From assembly GCA_029717555.1 (NCBI GenBank), contig JAMDHS010000099.1:1-64000 (forward strand): a stretch of DNA of 64,000 nt. The letters are read 5' to 3'. Position numbers and translations under genes: made by a program. How positions within the stretch are numbered: position 1 is the first letter of the stretch; each line of letters starts with the position of its first letter. The stretch comes from Peribolospora baueri. Taxonomy: Eukaryota. Below the pieces are notes generated by a model. The model was not told the DNA's origin, ran no database searches, and saw only the letters and a program-made list of their open reading frames with translations. Shown here in pieces: positions 1-13,850 of the stretch.

Positions 1-62
<62 letters not shown>
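1..62. repeat. Poly-A homopolymer (poly-T on the coding strand) inside a SYG1 intron
   Basis: At least 62 A at the window edge, just past a minus-strand gtgag donor at 80-76. The run length may be an assembly artefact. Confidence 0.8.
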
Positions 63-64
<2 letters not shown>

Positions 65-80
65 CAATTCGGTCGCTCAC

Positions 81-3000
81 AAGCGGCACCCCAATGGGTG
101 GATGTGTTGCATCGTTGCAAAGGGTTGTGCCAGTCTGCGTGTGCAAAGGACGTGAAAGAAAAAGGCCGACGATCAGGTGGCGAACACGAAGCGCGGGGGG
201 TCAGCAGACGGCAGGCACGCGCCCCGTCAACGTGCGCACACACTCACGGTGCTTGTAACCGCAGCCGAGCAAGTAGAGATTGGGGAAGGTGTACGAGAGC
301 GAATTGAGCTCGTCCCCGAGGAAAAAGTCTCTGAACTCGATGCGATAGAGGAGGCCGCCGGTGAAGACGCGGAGGAGGGAGCGAACAAACCAGATCCGCG
401 ATTTGATGTGCATGATCGGCAGGGGGTTGCAGATGAGCACGATGGTCACGACGAGCCATACCTTTTGGCGAGTAGGAAATGGACGAGCAAGGACGAGGTG
501 GGGTTGAGCGCGGGCCGGATAAAAGAGGTGGAGACGACGTGCAAGGTGAAAAGGTCGCGTGCGGATCGGACGACTCACCAAAGGCCAAGAGGTCGGCGAG
601 ATGGCCGCCGGCCAGGGATCGGCAAAGGTGAGCCAGAAAGCGTAAGAGAGGAGGAAGAATAGGAGCGAGGGCAGCTCGAAGTATCGGCGATAGTCGATCT
701 GAGTGCGCGGGTCGAACTCGAAGATGAAGGGCCAGTTGATGCGCGCCCAGTGCCAGGCTATGAGATTGACTCCGAACAGGAGGGAAAACACGACGGGGAT
801 GCTAGAAGAGGTGGGATTGCGGTAAAAGCGAGAGGGCGACTGGGGTGAGCGCACGTCACACCAGCCAGAAAAGCACCTACCTGCCCACGGCGGGGGGAAC
901 AGCGACTCACAAAAAGGCGCCGTAAAGGTGGAGGAGGCCTTGCCATTCTGGTATCTGAAGTTGCTTCTCATGCCTTTGAGCTGTCGTCGCCGGAAGAAGC
1001 AGAGGCGGTTGGGTGAGCGACGGCCGTTGCGGGGGAAAGCAAGGAAAAAAAAAGAAAAAAAAAAAAAAAAAAGAGCGTCGCTCACATTCTATCAACCCGG
1101 CAACGAGGGCAGGCAAGCCCAAACCGAGAAACATGCCGCTCCTCCACACCGAAAAGTAGTGCGACGTCGGGCCTTCCTGGAGCCTAAGCCTGCCGATGGC
1201 CTTTTTACGATCGCCGTGCGCAAAGTAAGCGGTGAAGACGTCCTCGACACGGCGCATCAACGCATCCACCTTGTCGGACACGACAAAGTTGGCCTGGTTG
1301 ACGCGCTCGGAATAGTAAAGCACCGAGCACGGGATTTCGCACGTCTTTTCAAACTTTTTAAGGATCTGGTGTTTTTTTTTTTCGTCGTTAGGTGAGACGG
1401 AGGCGGGGCGCAAAGAGAAGGGTGAGACGACGAGCAGAAGGAAGGGAAAGGGGCATTGCGCCCCGGAGCGAAGAGATGGGATGGCAAGGAAGACGCACCT
1501 TGAGGAACCCGGTCCGGTTGAGGATGCGGTAGTTCTTCAAGATCTGCAAAGTGCGATAGAACCTGAAAGACGAGGACGAGGGCCGAGATGAAGGAAGGGC
1601 CAGAGGGGGGACGGGGCTGGTAAGCGATCACGCTACGCCACGGCTGTGCAGGGTATCTGCGCGACCTGCACTCGTCAGCCCACGACGACGCACTCGAACA
1701 ACGCAGCCTTGAGCTTCCTCCTGGCCTGTCTATACTGCTCCGGATCGAGCACGACATCGGCGACGTCGACGTCGTCGTCGTCATCGTCGTTATCGTCGTC
1801 CCGTCTGCCCTGCCGCGAAGCGTTCGTGGCCGCCCTCGGCCGAGGGAACGTCTCTTGAGAGTGGACGGCGATGCCGTCGACGCTCGAAGACCGCGCCTCG
1901 GCGCCGGCGCCTTGGTCTCTCTCCAGCCCCAGAGAGGTTCGGCTCTTGTCCGCTAGGGGTGCCGGTGCCCTACGCGATGCGGCGGTCGAGCTGAGGGACG
2001 TGCGGACAACGACGACAGCGGCGGAGGACGGGCGGGGCATTTTGCGGTTAGCGTCCCCGTTGGACGGAAGGGAGGCGTCCGCTTTGGCCATGGCCCTGGC
2101 TTTGCCTTTGCCGTGGAGGAGAGAGGCTGGACGGTGGAGGAGGGTGTGGAGGAGGTCGGCGGTGGAGGAAGTCTGTTCGGCAGCAGTTTGGAGAGCCTGC
2201 AAGGGGGAAAAAAATGAGAATGGGGGGTGGAAGCGGTCAATGAAAGTATCGTGGTGTGACGGACGGACGGGTAGTCGACCTGGGGAACGGACGCACCTTG
2301 AACTCCTTTCGATGGGCGCTCAACTGCCTGAGCTGCCTAGAGAGCACTTCAAACCTCTCAACAGCCTCAGCCTCTCTCTCTTCGTAAAACACAAAAATCT
2401 TCTCAAGCTCCTTATCGAGGGCGACGAAAAACTGGCACTCGTCTTCGTCAAGGCGGGATAGGAGGTCTTCGAGGGTTAAAGGAGCGGGGAAGAAGCGCTG
2501 TGCGAGAGAGGACTTGGAGGAGGGACGTTTCATTTGGGCTGGGCGGAGGGCGGGGAGGGGAGGAGATGTCAGCAAGGGAGGGAAACGAAGGACGGCGAGC
2601 GATGGAGCGGAGGAGCTGACATTTCGCCTGTGGTTCCACGAGTGTCGCCGCCGCACCGCCGCTGACAGGATGCCACTCGGGGCCCATCTCAGTGCCCGCA
2701 CCAGCGCCCAACCGCTCGGACCACGTCATGTGTCGTGAGGGCGAGCTGGCGGGCGACGGGCCGGCGGCTGCGCCCATGAAGGGGCGCACGGGAGGGCGCT
2801 GGGAGGAGTCGCCGGGGGCTGTGGAAGAGCGTCGGGTGGGGAGCGGGGTTCGAGGGGATAGGGAAGTCGGTTCTGGGGAAGTGGAGGGGCGAAGGCGGGA
2901 GGAAGGGTCCGTGGGCGAAGACGGGGAGGCGGCGGAGAGCGGGTCGGGCAACGAGCTGAGCTGGTCATGACCCCGTTCGCGTCCGCGCTCGCGCTGCTCG

Positions 3001-3649
3001 GCGTCCGGATGAGGGGGCACGGCAAGAGGGTTGCTTCTAGCGATGCTGCCGTAGCCGTCGACGACGGGGCCGTGTGCGCAGGGACGGGAGAGATGGAGGT
3101 CATGGAGATGACCCGGTTTGGGAGCCTCGAGATCTACGCTGGCGGCGCGTTTGTCTTGGAGGACGTCCGCTTGTGTCTGTCGCGCCTCGGCCACGGGCTG
3201 CGACTCGGCGCGCGGAGGGCGGGCAGGGGTGGAAGGGCGGAGGAGGCGACCAAAGGAGACGGAGCGATGGAGGAGAGAGGAAGAAGGGGTGAGGCCATCA
3301 GGTTGGGAGGCCAGGGGATGCTGACGCAGTTGCTCTTGATGCTGAGCGATTTGCTTGATCACCTTTTTGAGCGCGCGATACTGTTAAGGTAGGAGACACG
3401 GAGCGCCGATACGAAGGGCGATGAGAGCGGAGCGAGAGGGCTCGGTTCGGTTCGATACGATTCGGCTCGGTTCGGTTTGGTTGCGCTCACGTTGATGTAA
3501 GCCTTGCGCCATTCGTCGACGGCCTCTTCTTCGAGGTGTCTCGCGCTGAAAGTGGGTGAAGCGAGGGGAAGAGGATGAGAATGCGTCGGCACCGGTTTTC
3601 ATGCGCACACCATAAAAGAAAAGAGACGAGGGGGAACTCACAACTTCAT
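81..3649 (-). CDS. SYG1: SPX-EXS domain protein (Syg1/XPR1 family, phosphate export/signalling), multi-exon; 3' end continues off the left edge
   Basis: The spliced start ATG AAG TT|gtgagt (3649) gives MKFARHLEEEAVDEWRKAYIN|YRALKK, the SPX N-terminus. Later exons read FFVALDKELEKIFVFYEERE, LKNYRILNRTGFLK|ILKKFEK (SPX), then WHWARINWPFIFEFDPR and RIEFRDFFLGDELNSL (EXS). Confidence 0.9.
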
Positions 3650-4893
3650 CGCTGCTACGCGCTCTCTCGCTGTCGCTCAGAGAAGGGGCGTCCGGACTGC
3701 GTCGCGCCGTTCGCCGTGCCGTCGTCCACGCCTCGGGGAGATGGAGATGGTGGTGAGGGAAATGATCCGGTCGCTGCGCGACGAGGAAAGTGGAAGGGGA
3801 GGAGAATGGGAAGGAAGGCCGCCGACGACACATGCGTTCCATTCCAGGCCAGCAATCAAGGAAGGCGAACCGGTGATGGGTTTTTTTTTGCCATCATTCT
3901 CATCTCTTCCCTTCCCCTTGCCTTTATCTCCCTATCGCCCCTTCGGATCGCATCATTCGATTAGATTGGCGCACGTGCCTTTATTTATGGGCCGGCCACG
4001 TGCCATGCCGCGAAAGACGGGCCGGCACGGCCCGACCGAGGACAGATGGATCGCCGGCGGTAGAGGCGGGTGACGGAGGACGGAGGAATGGAATGGAGGT
4101 TGGGCGAGCGCGAGCAAATGAGCAAGCAAGCAACCGTTTGTCTTTCTGTCTGTCTGTCTGTGTGTCTGTCCGTCTCTCTCTCTCTCTCGCGCCGTCACCT
4201 TCTCCCATCCGTCCCTTCCACGTGAGCCGGCCGCGCTCTCCGTCCGGGTTTCTTTTTCCCTTTTTTTCGCGCTAATGTGGAGCCCCGCTTGGACTCGAAT
4301 GGGCGCAACATGGCGCGGGCGATGTTCACGCCGCTATGCTGGACGAGGTGGGGCGTGTGTGTCTCCTCGTGCGATGTCCTCGGCGAGAGAGGCGCAGCGA
4401 TGACGTGAAGCGAGTGGAGTGGGGAGTGACAGCAAGACAGGCAAGGCAGATAGATGATGGATGGGCGGGCGCCGGCCGACGGGTGTGTTGCTCCATCGCC
4501 TCGCTCCGTGTGGACGACCTCGCCCGACGCCGTCCTCTTTTCGGCAATCCCCATCCCATCCATCTCCTTTTGGACCTGCGTCATTGCGAGACAGACTACG
4601 ACAGACGGACCGACTGGCGCACAGGCCCCCCCCCAAGCCGACGGCTGACCCCCTCGCCGACGGACGCGCCATCGTCCCCGCCTTGTTTCGGCTTTGTGCG
4701 AGGCCGGCCGGCGGATCAGTTCAGTGCCTGCCCTAGCATGGATGCGAGAGAGCCAAGATACATACATAACATAACATAAGATAACCGCTTGCCTCGTAAA
4801 TCGTCCTCCTCGCCATCCTCGCCCTCCTTTCTTCCTTGTCTCCCGCCTCGCCTCCTCCTTTCCTTTCTTCCCACCGCCAGCAGCGAGCCAGCC

Positions 4894-6806
4894 ATGCACC
4901 TCTGCAACCCCTTCCTCGCCCTCCTCGCCCTCCTCCCCTTCGCCTCGGCCACGCCGGCGCCCCCCATCGACGCTCCTTTCTCCCTCTTCCCCCGCAATGC
5001 CTCCGCCTCCTCCCCTTCTGCCGTGCCCCCCTTCCCCTCCGTCTACCCCTACAACGAGATCGGCCTCGAGGCGACCGACGGCAGCATCAGGGCCGTCTTC
5101 CTGCCTTACGCCGCCACCGTCACCGAGCTTTGGGTCAAGGACAGGGAAGGCCAGTGGAGGGACGTCGTGCTCGGCTATGATAACAAGACGAACTATGGCA
5201 CCGACCCTATCCACCCGCGCTTCGGACCCATCGTCGGGCGCTACGCCAACCGTGAGCGCGCTCGTTGGAGGCGAACGACGAACGAACGAAGAGTCTATCC
5301 CGTCGCCGCCGTGCTCACTCTTCGCGCTGCCATCCCTCTACCCCGCTTCTCTCACAGGCATCAAGAACGGTACCTTTGTCGTCGATGGCATCACCTACCA
5401 CACCCCGCTCAACGAGAACGGTCGCGACACCCTCCACGGGGGTACAATCGGGTGAGCGCCAGGGAAAGAGAGGGAGTGTGTGTGTGTGTGCGTGAGAGAG
5501 TGTCGTCATCGACCCGAGTCTCAACATTCGCACGCCTTCGCCCCGTCCAGGTACGACAATTCGTCGTTCACCATCACCAACCTCTCTTCCAACTCTGTCA
5601 CCTTCTCTCACTACGATCCCGACGGCAACCAGGGTTTCCCCGGCGCGGTAACGTCCCACGCCACGTACACCCTCCTCCCCAACTCGACCTGGCATCTCAC
5701 CCTCACCGCTACGGCGACGAAGCGCACTCCGGTACGTGTCTCCATCTCTTCCGCCTCCCTCCTTTCCTTTCCCTTCCTTTCGAACGTCGACTGCTGGCCA
5801 GAGAATGAAAACGTTGTACCTGTTGTCCATCCCGCAGCTCATGCTCAGCTCGCACACGTACTGGAACCTAGAAGCATACCGCGAGACGCAGAACATCATG
5901 GACCACATGTTCCATCTACCCAAGGCCGACAAGGTGGTCAAGACGGACAGCATCTTGATCCCCACCGGAGACTACATCGACGTGGGAGCCGTGGATGCCT
6001 ACGATTTTAGGCAGGCCAGGTCGTTCGGCAGTCGGTGCGCACCTTTCCTTCCCGCGAGACGCCTCGACGACGACGGCCAAGGAAACGCTGATCCGCACCC
6101 CCCCTTTTTCCTCCCCACCGTCGTGTCCATCAGCTTCAACGCCACCCAAGGCTTCTGTGGCGCCAACTGCCTAGGTGTGTCGCTCATCGCGCTCCCCTCT
6201 TTCGCCACCACTCCGTCCGTCCGCCAGCCTGACAGACGCATGGTTCCTCTCGCCAGGCTATGACACGTGCTTTGTCCAGAGTTACCCGCAGAGGTACAGC
6301 CCTGCCATCGAGATGTGGTCGCCCCATTCTGGGTGAGTGAGAGTGACCGCGACGTTGACACGGCCGACACGAGTTCACACCCCCCTCCCCGCTGGTGTGC
6401 GTTGTCTTCGTCGACTCGCCGCGCGATAGCATCAAGTTGACCGTCACCTCGGACCAAAGTGATGCCCCTTTCTGACTCTTCCTCGACCCGCACCCGCACC
6501 ATCCTGGCAACCGCACACTCACCTCGCACTCCTTTCCGTTTCCACACTTTCTTCAAACGCTCGACAGAGGCGATTCAAGTCTACACGTGCGACGGCATAG
6601 CCTCGGCGACGCTCAAGATCCCTCGCAAGGCGTCCCAAGGCGGCGACGGGACGACGAACGTGTTCTACGACAACCACAGCTGTGTCGTTCTGGAGATGGA
6701 GGACGTGATCGACGCTATCAATTATCCCTCGTACGGCCGCGACGAGATCTACGGCCCCGATCGCCCGTACTTGTGGAACGCCGAGTACAAGTTCAGCACC
6801 GTCTGA
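4894..6806 (+). CDS. Secreted aldose 1-epimerase (galactose mutarotase-like), multi-exon
   Basis: Signal-peptide-like start MHLCNPFLALLALLPFASA. Family motifs DVVLGYD, FGPIVGRYANR|IKNG, TLHGG, GFPG, SSHTYWNL, GYDTCF and QVYT...VVLEME. Confidence 0.9.
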
Positions 6807-7561
6807 TCAAAGCGCGTATGCCGCGTCGCGTCGAGAAGGAGGAGGAGGAGGAGTACGTTGGGCCGCCTGGACCGACAGGAATGGAAACCGCTTTCGCTTT
6901 CTTTTACCCGTCGTACGAACGAAACCCCTTACACTTCTAATATCCCGTCGGCCTGAGCTATCTATGTACGTACGTATGTAATGCGTGTATGTATGGACCT
7001 AGCTACAGATCCACGAGCTCACCGACTCGACTCATCGATACCTGCCTGCCTATCCCTTCCTCGCCCGCCGTATGTATATGTATGTACGTCCATACATACA
7101 TACGTACACACGTACACTCTCCTGTACGTGTACGTCGCCGGCCACGTCGCAGCGTACTACTCGTCTCGTCTCGTCTCGTCTCGAGTGAGCCGTGGTAAGA
7201 ACGTGACGACTGATTCCATCTTTCGCCTTCCATCCTCTGTCTGTCCTCCGTCTTCGTCTCGGCATCGCCGACGACGGTCTTCCATTCCCATACCCATTTG
7301 TCCGCCATCGTCGATCGGCGGGCCACGCATCGGCCGGTCGGACCGGTCTCCGGTCCGCACCGGCGTCTGCGGCGTTGGGCCCCCGCGTTGCGTTCCTGTG
7401 CGCTTTGCGTGCCCGTATGAAGGAGGCCTTCTGTTGCTCGAACGACATCGACCGGACGAAGTAAGAAAATAAGAACTGACCTCGTCTCCATCTCGACCAT
7501 CACCAGCACCCCTCCTCTTCCGCAAACCTCCGTCACCCCTCCCCCAGCCTCCTCGCCTAAG

Positions 7562-9261
7562 ATGAGCGCCGCCCCCGCCCCCGCCCCCGCCTCGGCCTCC
7601 TTCCTGGAAGCCTTCTTCTCCTTGAGCGGCAAGACTGCCCTTGTAACGTGCGTACCCATCCCTCATCTCGTCTCATATCAACGCTGGAGTGGTGCGTGGG
7701 TGGCGACGCCCATGTCCATACAGGATGCTCCTCGCCTGGTCCGCTCGAGCTCGAGCTCGCCGAGAGACCTCATATCTCCCCAGCGCACCCACGACGGGCG
7801 GACGGCCTGCCAAGCGGTCGCCGGACGGAATGCGGCGCGGAACGGAACGGAAAGAGCTGACCACCCTCCCCCGCATCGCTCCCGTCTATCTCCCTTTTCT
7901 TTTTGTTTTCCGGTTGGCGTTTTCCGCAGCGGTGGCACGAGGGGCATCGGCCAGGCGATCGCCGTGGCTCTGGCACAGGCAGGGGCGGACGTCGTGTTGC
8001 TTCAGGTGAGTGAGCGAGCGACCCGGTGGGGATGGGAGCCGTCCCGTACCCGTCTCCTCATCTTTGCGCCATCCCCCCGTCCTGACCATGCTTCCGCCAT
8101 CTCCCGTCCCCCATCGCGCACACGCGTCCAGCGCGACCCCACGAACGACTCGGCCGCGGCTCGCATCCGCGCGCTCGGCCGCAAAGCCACCGTCGTCGCC
8201 TGCGACCTGACCGACGCGGCCCGGGTCAAGGCCGTTGTCCGCGAAGTTGTCGAAGCTGGGCATGTGTTGGACGTCTTGGTCAACTGTGGAGGCATCCAGA
8301 GGAGGCACCCTGCTGAGGTGTTTCCCGATTCGGATTGGGACGAGGTCGGTGATGGTGGGCGGACGGGGTGCGGATGTGGGGGGTCGTCCGTTCGTAGCTC
8401 AAACGAGCTGTCCTTCTTCTGTCCATTTCCACTCTTGTCCTTCCCTTCGACGCCCATGCCCAAAGGTCCTCCAAGTCAATCTCACCTCGTGCTTTACCCT
8501 CGCTCGTGACGTCGGCAAGCACATGCTCGAGGTCCGCGCTAAGCCCGGCGAAGAGAACAGGGCGAGGGGCAAGATCATCAACATTGCCTCCCTCGTTTCC
8601 TTCCAGGGTTAGCGACGGCGGACGGGGACGAGGTAAGGCGCGGTCCAGCGAGGCTACTTACTCAACGAATGCTCCGCTTTCCGCCCCTTCCCGCCTCCAG
8701 GCGGTCTCACCGTGCCGGCCTACGCCGCCGCCAAGCACGGCATCCTCGGTATGACAAAGGCCCTCTCGAACGACTGGGCCGGCAAGGGCATCAACGTCAA
8801 CGCTATCGCCCCGGGCTACATCGACACTGAGGTTGGTCCTCGTCGCTTTGATCTTCCCGAGCCTTCCGATTGTTTCCTATTTTTTTTCTTCTTCTTTCCT
8901 TTCCTTTCCGCCTAACCGAACGACCACCTTGCCCACGACCCGCGCCAGATGAACTCGGCGCTGATCGCCAACCCGACGCGGTCGCGACAGATCTTCGAGC
9001 GCATGCCCATCGGGAAGTGGGGCAAGCCGGAGGACATGGTCGGCGCCGCCGTCTTCCTCGCCAGCCCGGCGAGCGATTACGTGTGCGGCGAGTGTATCAC
9101 GGTGAGTGTTCTCCGGTGCCTACTACCCGTCCCGGTTGCGGGCGGTTTAGCGTGCCCGTCCTCTCCCTCCACGCTGACCCGCCGTCCGTCTGTCTGTCTG
9201 TCCTGTCCTGTCCACGCAAACCGCCTGACAAAAGGTCGACGGCGGCTGGATGGCTCGCTAA
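7562..9261 (+). CDS. Short-chain dehydrogenase/reductase, 2-deoxy-D-gluconate 3-dehydrogenase (KduD)-like, multi-exon
   Basis: GKTALVT|GGTRGIG Rossmann motif, [22 protein letters not shown], catalytic [13 protein letters not shown], and terminal VDGGWMAR* (TAA 9259-9261). Confidence 0.9.
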
Positions 9262-9654
9262 GCGACTGGAAGCGACGGCAAAGAGCGGCAGGAGCTCCTC
9301 CCGTGACCTTCTCCCTCCGGAGGGAAGCTCCGAGTTTCACATCGGTACCCGCACATATAATGTTACGTATGTAGACGCGTTAGAACAGGGTTGGAATCAG
9401 CTTCGTTCGGACGTCCGCGCGACCGCGCGGAAAAACAAATGTACGTGGGCGCTTCCACTGCCGCGTGTAAGTAGGTCTCATTCGAAGAGCAGATCGGCTA
9501 AGCCACAGTCGTCGGTCGTCGGGTCAGTCCGCACACACACTCTCTCACCACCGGCTGAACCTGGCCGGGAGAGACCTGATCTGAGTTACAAGGACCCACG
9601 GAGACCGCCACCCATCGCTGAACGACTCGCCCACCTCAGCCAAATCCTATCCCT

Positions 9655-12600
9655 TCATCCCTCCCGTACCGTCCCGTCGTTCTCCAGTCCCGCCACGCCA
9701 GAGTCCCTCGGCTGTAGCCTCACGGGCGCCACGTCTTCCCCCGGCTTGGCCGGCCAGGGTAAGGCGAGTACGCCCCAATTCGGGGAAGCCGCGGGTGTGG
9801 TAGAGAGGTCGACGCCCTTCCTTGCCCGGCCGACGGGGGTGGATTCCGCCGCGACGATGCGGGGAGGCGGCGGGCGGCTCGAGGTGGGAGATGGCGACGC
9901 GTCGTCGGCGTCTTCGTCGATGGTGGGCAGAGAAAGCTTGGACGTGCGAGCCAACTTGGGCGTCCGGAACGAAGCGCCTGGGCGATGCAGCTCGTCCTCT
10001 CCTACGCCGGCTTCCTCGGCGCCCGCTTCCTCTCTCGCTCTCTTCCTACCCACATCCTCCGCCCCACTGGCATCCATCCGCCTCGCCCAAACCTTCCTTC
10101 GCTCGAGCAATTCGGCGGCTGACCACCCCCGCCGGGCGGCCTCTCGAAGTTCTTCGACGCACAGGCGGACGTCCTCGCTGTGCGCATACAGGAGGCCCTT
10201 CGAGTAGTGCTCCATGGCCGCGGAGAGGTCGTTGCGCGATTCGGCGGCCCTGCGACGCGAGCAGTGAAATTTCGTCGTGGAACGAAGCGAGTGAGCGAGG
10301 AAGCAAACGGTCGAAGCATCAGTGAACGAAGTGACGGCCACAGCCGACAGAACCCCCCGGTTGAGAACGGAGGGAGGTACGCACCTCGCCAGAGCGATGC
10401 ACGCGCGCGCAGTCTTTTCCCTCGTAGTGGGGCTCAACAAACTCGCGAGCTCTTCGACGTGCTCATCGTGCGATCGACACAGATCCCGGCGGCCGCTCGG
10501 CGCACCGGTCTCACTACCGTCGTCCTCTTCACCGCTCATCCTGGTCGTCAGCATCATCACCGGCCGTTCATGATCGAAATCCGGCGAGAAGAGCGTTGAG
10601 AGACGGATCCGGAACGAGAGCGTGGACGGGGAAGGGATGGGGAGAGAGGACGAGGAGGGGGACGGGGGTGCATCCGAGCGAAGCGGACGAGGACGACGAA
10701 AAGGAAAACGAGGAAGGACCTGCGTCCGTCGGTCAGCGTTTCCGTCGCCGGATAAGAATTAGCGTAAATTCTATGGAAGGGGTTGGAACGGGCCGTTGGA
10801 GGCGCGAGCGTGACGGGACGGGCGGACACTCACATCCTCTTCTCCAGGGTCTCCAGTCTCTTTCGCAGACCCACTGTTCGCTCGTCCACAAGGACGCTAA
10901 GATCACGGGATGAGGTGTCGTTGGCGTCGGCCGAGACGGAGGAAACTGACGTCTGGTCAAAGGCGAAAGGGGCATCGCCGAAGATGGAAGGTCGACGGGC
11001 AGCGGGACGAGCGCCGTCGGCCGCGGTGCCGGCCCCGAATGGGGCGACCATGTTTCGGAGCTTTCTGTCGATGAGTTCGGATACCTGGGATGGAGCGGGA
11101 GTCCGACCGTGAACGGCTCAGTCGCGCCCTTCAGCTGCCGCCAACTGGGCCACACCCGTGCACACACCTTCGCCTCCAACTCTTCGTCCGTCAAGCCCAG
11201 TTTTCGCCCATCCTCCTTCGCATCGTCCTTGAAGCTCTTGACGATGGTGCTCAACCTCCTCGCCCCCTTGGTGGCAGGAGCGCCGCCGCCGTTGCCCTGA
11301 ACGCCGATGCTCGAGTTCCTCGCGCCGCGGCCCATGCTCGCCCGACTCGCGCGGCCTTTCGTGCCCGTCTTGGCGCCACTTGAAGTGATTTCGCTCGGAC
11401 GGTCACCGCGGTCGGACTTCACCGCGACGTCGTTGGAGGCCGTCAAGTGCTGGGACTGGCCGGTTGACTTTCGAGAGCGGGTATTCCGCGCAGGTTCACT
11501 GGACCGTGGGGCCGCAGCGACGGCGTTGAGCTGCTTCATGGCCGTTCGAGCGGGTGCGCTCTTCCTCGGCGCGCGGGCCTGCGCCACCCCAGAGGACTTG
11601 ACACCCTCTATGCGCCCCTCTCCGGCGGCGGCCGTGACGACCTTGCCCTTGCCAGAGTCGTTTACAGCGACGCGATTCTCGATGAGCTTGGTGCGGCTGG
11701 CAAAGTTGAGGGTGTTAACGGTGTCATTGTAAAATTTTCCACCCGGGGCGAGGTTGCAGATGAGGAGGGAGAGGGAGGTGCCGCCGAGGGCGTCTAGATC
11801 CGAGCGGCACGTCAAGCAAGACTCATTGCGTCAGGGCTCAGCGCGAGGATGTGCTAATATAAGGCATGGCTGCGACGAACTCACCGCGCATGATCATGGT
11901 CATCTTACTGTCCCTGTAAGGAATTCTGGTCGCGCCCGTGTTCAGGGCCTGGACGGTCTGTCCGAGCACGAAAAGGCTCTTGTTGATCGCAGACGACTCT
12001 GTCATGCGTTCCTTGGTGTTGCCGGTCAGCTGTTTGAGGAAGAAGATGGAAGATGAGAACGTGAAGAGGTGCAAAGTAGGTCGAGAGGAGGCGGAGGGCG
12101 CAGACATGACGGACCTTGTTGTTCTCACTTCCCGCGAGGTCGATGAGGTTGACCCTACTGCTCGTCCTCGCGTCGCCCCTGCGCGTGCTAACATTCAGGC
12201 TGAGGACGGCGTGAGAGCGCGAAGACGAGGCATTGAGAAGCGTCGCGGCCACCGACCGGTTCGAAGTGGCGGTGCTGGGAGGATTTCGGCAGTTTGCCAA
12301 GATGGTAAGCCTTACTATCCGAGGGGACGAAAAGGAAGGAAATACGCCGCTCACGCATATAGGCGCACAAATTCTTCGTATGTCGCCACAGACCGCTGCA
12401 CGGGTGATTACAAAGGGGATCAAATGAGCCAGTGCTTCCTCGACCAGCTGACTAGACCGTATCGCACCTGGGACAAGCCGGCGACGAAGATCTTGCGATT
12501 TCCGTTTTCCCTGATGGGCAGACCGGTGCCCTGGGATGCCAGCAGGCGGCGAGAGCACGCATGTGAGCATGAAGATGAACCACCCCGCATAACCACCCGC

Positions 12601-13411
12601 AAGAGACAAGAGCAGGTAGAGCCGCAAGACAGATGGACAAGAACTCACCGACGTTTCCCTAGGCTCCAAGAGGTCGTACACGGCCTCGTTGTAGATTTCG
12701 TACATGCTCATCTCGATCTCGACGCTCACCCCGTTGTCGTTCTCCTTTTCGTCCATCAACTGGAGATGAAAAGCAAAGGCACCGAGTTGGACCAATGAGG
12801 TGATAGGGTCGAGCGTGAATTAAGAATGGCTCACCATTTGCACCGTTCGGGGGATGATGCCCTCCTGCTCCCTCTCGGCCCCGTGCTCCTCCTCTTCGGT
12901 CATGGCTTGAAGCCTCGCCTTTCCCTTGCCCTTCCCAGCCACGCCATTCAACACAGCCGGTGCACCTTCGACGGAAGCGGAAGGCATGAAGCCTTGCATG
13001 GTGTGCGTCTTGCCGGAGCCGGTGACGCCGTAGGAGAAGATCGTGAGGCTCTTGCCCTCGAGGATGGAGGGAAGATGGGGTTCTACGTCTGCTGAGAAGA
13101 TCTCGGCCTGGGTCGAGGTAGAGGTGTAGGTCGAGGCAAAGCTGTGCAGGAGGAAGAGGCGCAGTCAGGTAGGGGTCAGACTTCCACTATCTGTTCCTCG
13201 CCTTCGTCCAGCCGCCCGCGCGACGGTGCTCTCCTCAGCGGGCAACCTCGCACACCCACCTGTACCTATACACCTGACTCCGATCCCTCAAATTCACAAC
13301 CCGGATGTTCCTCCCGTCCACCTCAAGCGTATCGTCCGGGTTCTCGTGCGGGAGGAAGGGACGCACCCGCACTGCTATCTTGACCGGTCGGCGTTCCGTG
13401 GCAATTGGCAT
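9655..13411 (-). CDS. Kinesin-10 (KIF22/Kid-like) motor protein, multi-exon
   Basis: MPIATERRPVKIAVRVRP start, P-loop YGVTGSGKTHTMQG, switch I NASSSRSHA, switch II LIDLAGSE, then ESSAINKSLFVLG, RIPYRDSKMT and NLAPGGKFYNDTVNTLNFASR, which resemble KIF22. The exact C-terminus is uncertain. Confidence 0.88.
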
Positions 13412-13850
13412 TTCGGGCGGATAACGAGGTGAGAGAAGAAATAGAAAGGAAAGACAGGAAGGAGGGCAAGGCTAGAGCGCTGGAGGCACCTAAAAGGTGG
13501 AAGACGCGACGAAGGAGTGTTGTTATTGCGGCTGTCGGTGGCTGTGGTGGTGGTAATCAAAGTTACATATAGGGGGTCGCAAGGCGGGCGGTGCGCTGGT
13601 GCCGTGCGAGGGAGTACGAGACGACGTCTATTCTATGCGGACTAGGGGATCTAATTTTAAAACTCGCTGAGAAAATGAAGACGAGGGTATCGATGCGCTC
13701 GCTGCCCGACCTGGTCGCCTCTATGAGACTCGAGAGATTGTATGCATGTAGAGGAACACCTTTAAGCGAGTCGACTAAGAAATACGCGACGAGAAAGGCG
13801 TTCATGTACGTGACCATGCAACTCGGCGCGTCCTGACACGTGCCCAAACT

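Noticed and set aside
1..62. Poly-A run as a retroposed mRNA or LINE tail
   Set aside because: It lies in an intron at the window edge with no visible element body. Similar intronic A/T tracts occur elsewhere (e.g. 1045-1071, 62340-62353).
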